Shown here: one piece after another, positions 62,068 to 64,000 of the stretch
How the letters are laid out: each line of letters begins with the position of its first letter
Position numbering within the stretch: the stretch's first letter is position 1
Origin: Promethearchaeota archaeon
GTDB lineage: Archaea; Asgardarchaeota; Lokiarchaeia; Sigyniarchaeales; SOKP01
Direction of reading: 5' to 3'
NCBI GenBank assembly: GCA_019058365.1
Contig: JAHPZE010000017.1
Span: 1 to 64,000, forward strand
Length of the DNA stretch: 64,000 bases
Translations under genes and position numbers: made by a program
Notes under the pieces: generated by a model
The model's database searches: none
Told to the model about the DNA's origin: nothing
What the model saw: the letters and a program-made list of their open reading frames with translations, nothing else

Positions 62068-62991
62068 ATGACTACAATTGGATTTGATCAGTCACATAAT
62101 AATAAATTAACTATTGAAAATACTACTTTTGCAGACTTTGTTCAATATCTGTTTGATTCGGATTTTAAATTAGGAAAAATAGAAGCTGGAATTACTAAGG
62201 AAAAATTAAATAAATATGATCTTTTTATAATCGGGGTCCCAAACTTAGGTCCCAATTTGGATACGGATGAAATAAATGATTTAGTTAAGTATGTTGAGAA
62301 TGGTGGGAGTCTTCTTGTAATAAATGATGGGGGTGGCGATTATGAAAATAAAAATAATCTCTCTGAATTAACTAAAAATTTTGGAATAAGATTTAATTCT
62401 GATCGCTTGTTTGATAATAAATTTTTTTCAGAAAAAAATTCCCATCCTATAATTCAAGATTTTAAAAGTCACTTTATTACAAGAGATATATTTAAAATTA
62501 TTCATTCTAATGGCTGCACTTTAATAATTGATAAATCTATTGAAAACAGTGATATTGATGTTAACAGTATTGCATTTTCATCGGAAACTACTTCATGGCA
62601 CAAAATCTTTAATGGGCAAGAATGGCAAGAAAAATCAGAACAACACCAACCAATTATTGCTGCTACACATTATAGTTTAGGGAAGGTAATCATGATAGGT
62701 AATTTATCAATCTTTTCTAATTTAAACAAATCATATGGTATAACTGCTGCTGATAACTTTAAATTAATTACTAATATGATTTCTTGGTTATTAAATAAAG
62801 TTGGAACCGAAGAAGAACAATTAGTAAAGCCTGTATATACAACCGTTGCTATTAACCAAGATTTGTTTTATTGGATTAAAGAAATGATAAACAAAGGAAA
62901 ATGGAAAAAGCTTGATGATGTAATTAATTTTGCATTAAACGTAACTAAAATCAGAATGAAGGAAGTAGAGAAAGATGGTAAAAGTGAATAA
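62068..62991 (+). CDS. GIFT/DUF4350 (GldG/IFT52-like) domain fused to a C-terminal ribbon-helix-helix
   Basis: IGFDQSH, IT.E.L..YDL.II..P, E...L..YVENGGSLLV...GG, FGI.FN.D and DN.KL..N...WL; C-terminal TVAI...L...IK.MI..GKW....DVI.FAL. Confidence 0.7.
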   Translation: MTTIGFDQSHNNKLTIENTTFADFVQYLFDSDFKLGKIEAGITKEKLNKYDLFIIGVPNLGPNLDTDEINDLVKYVENGGSLLVINDGGGDYENKNNLSELTKNFGIRFNSDRLFDNKFFSEKNSHPIIQDFKSHFITRDIFKIIHSNGCTLIIDKSIENSDIDVNSIAFSSETTSWHKIFNGQEWQEKSEQHQPIIAATHYSLGKVIMIGNLSIFSNLNKSYGITAADNFKLITNMISWLLNKVGTEEEQLVKPVYTTVAINQDLFYWIKEMINKGKWKKLDDVINFALNVTKIRMKEVEKDGKSE

Positions 62992-63505
62992 AGACCAATT
63001 ATTAATTGGGCTTATTGGTGATACTCATATACACACTCTAGAAGGAGATATCCTACTAAATATATTAGATGATTTTAAAGAAAAAGATATTGATTATTTA
63101 TTTCATGTGGGAGATTTTACAAGCTACAAAGTATATAAAAAACTTCAAGATATTTTTGGTAACGAAAAAGTTATTGGAATTGTTGGGAATATGGATGACT
63201 CAAAAATATCGAAAGAATTACCTAAAAAAATAGAATTAGATTTATTTGGACATAAAATTTTTATAACTCATGGTGAAGGCGGACCACACAATATTATTAA
63301 ACGTTTAAACAGAAGATTTGAATTATCTGAATATGATATCATCATTTTTGGTCATGTCCACCATCCTTTTAATGAAAAATGGAGAGATGGAAGATTATAC
63401 CTTAGTCCAGGCACACCAACCGATAAAAGATTCACTGATATTAATTCTTATGGGTATCTCAAAATATCTAAAGAAAAAGTTGAGCCAAGCATTATTTATT
63501 TATAG
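62975..63505 (+). CDS. YfcE/MJ0936/Vps29-like metallophosphoesterase
   Basis: GDTH, GD, GN.D, THG, GH.H. Confidence 0.9.
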   Translation: MVKVNKDQLLIGLIGDTHIHTLEGDILLNILDDFKEKDIDYLFHVGDFTSYKVYKKLQDIFGNEKVIGIVGNMDDSKISKELPKKIELDLFGHKIFITHGEGGPHNIIKRLNRRFELSEYDIIIFGHVHHPFNEKWRDGRLYLSPGTPTDKRFTDINSYGYLKISKEKVEPSIIYL

Positions 63506-63525
63506 CAAGAAAATTCTATTAAAAA

Positions 63526-63960
63526 ATGAATTCGAAGAAAAAATTCCTTGAAATGGAAATTAGTAATATTCAACCTAGTCAATTATATATAAGCAAACAG
63601 AAACTTGCTAAAGTAAAGGAAAAATTTAATCTTGAAGATATATCGACATTGGATATAATTCCAATCAAGAAAATAAGAAAAAACATATTTTATACTGATG
63701 GCCATACTAGGGCATTTGCCGCTTATCAAGAGGGTCTTACAAAAATCCCTATAATTTGGGAAGATGAGGAATTAGATTGGGAAATGTATGAAATTTGTAT
63801 AAAGTGGTGTAAAGATGCAAGTATATTTTCTATTGCTGATCTTACTAATCGAGTCGTTGATCAAAAAGAGTATGAAATTCTATGGTATAAACGGTGCGAT
63901 GATTTACATAAAAAATTGGAAATAAATCGAACACAGAAAAAAAACATAAAAAATTTCTAA
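63526..63960 (+). CDS. ParB/sulfiredoxin-like domain protein
   Basis: IQPSQLYIS and YTDGHTRA motifs. Confidence 0.7.
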   Translation: MNSKKKFLEMEISNIQPSQLYISKQKLAKVKEKFNLEDISTLDIIPIKKIRKNIFYTDGHTRAFAAYQEGLTKIPIIWEDEELDWEMYEICIKWCKDASIFSIADLTNRVVDQKEYEILWYKRCDDLHKKLEINRTQKKNIKNF

Positions 63961-64000
63961 GACAAAGTTTTATAAAAAATAAATTAAAAATATCCTAATT

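Noticed and set aside
1-64000. CRISPR array, rRNA, transposases
   Set aside because: No regularly spaced repeats, rRNA-like GC-rich tracts or transposase motifs seen

Overview
Very AT-rich archaeal chromosomal segment, most consistent with Asgard Lokiarchaeia. Supporting markers are a diphthamide-less EF-2 paralog, aCPSF1/FttA, an A1-U72 tRNA-Gln, a Loki-type LRR protein, a roadblock protein and a bacterial-type gyrase. Housekeeping genes (tRNA-Gly/Gln, purN, aCPSF1, gatA/gatB, asnS, cofE, folP, gyrB/gyrA) alternate with paralog arrays: three GT87 glycosyltransferases, fucose-isomerase copies, two coiled-coil proteins and two small membrane hydrolases. The best novelty candidates are: (1) a translationally coupled four-gene operon in which every protein ends in a winged helix and the last carries a HEPN-like RNase motif, next to an HNH-motif orphan and inserted between fucose-isomerase paralogs; (2) a 790-aa protein fusing an AN1 Zn finger, five PCI/UFL1-like wHTH repeats and an adaptin-ear-like module; (3) two unannotated structured intergenic RNA candidates; (4) a CheW-like relic and several genes apparently starting at ATT/ATA/CTG. 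All calls are by-eye motif recognition and no searches were run.
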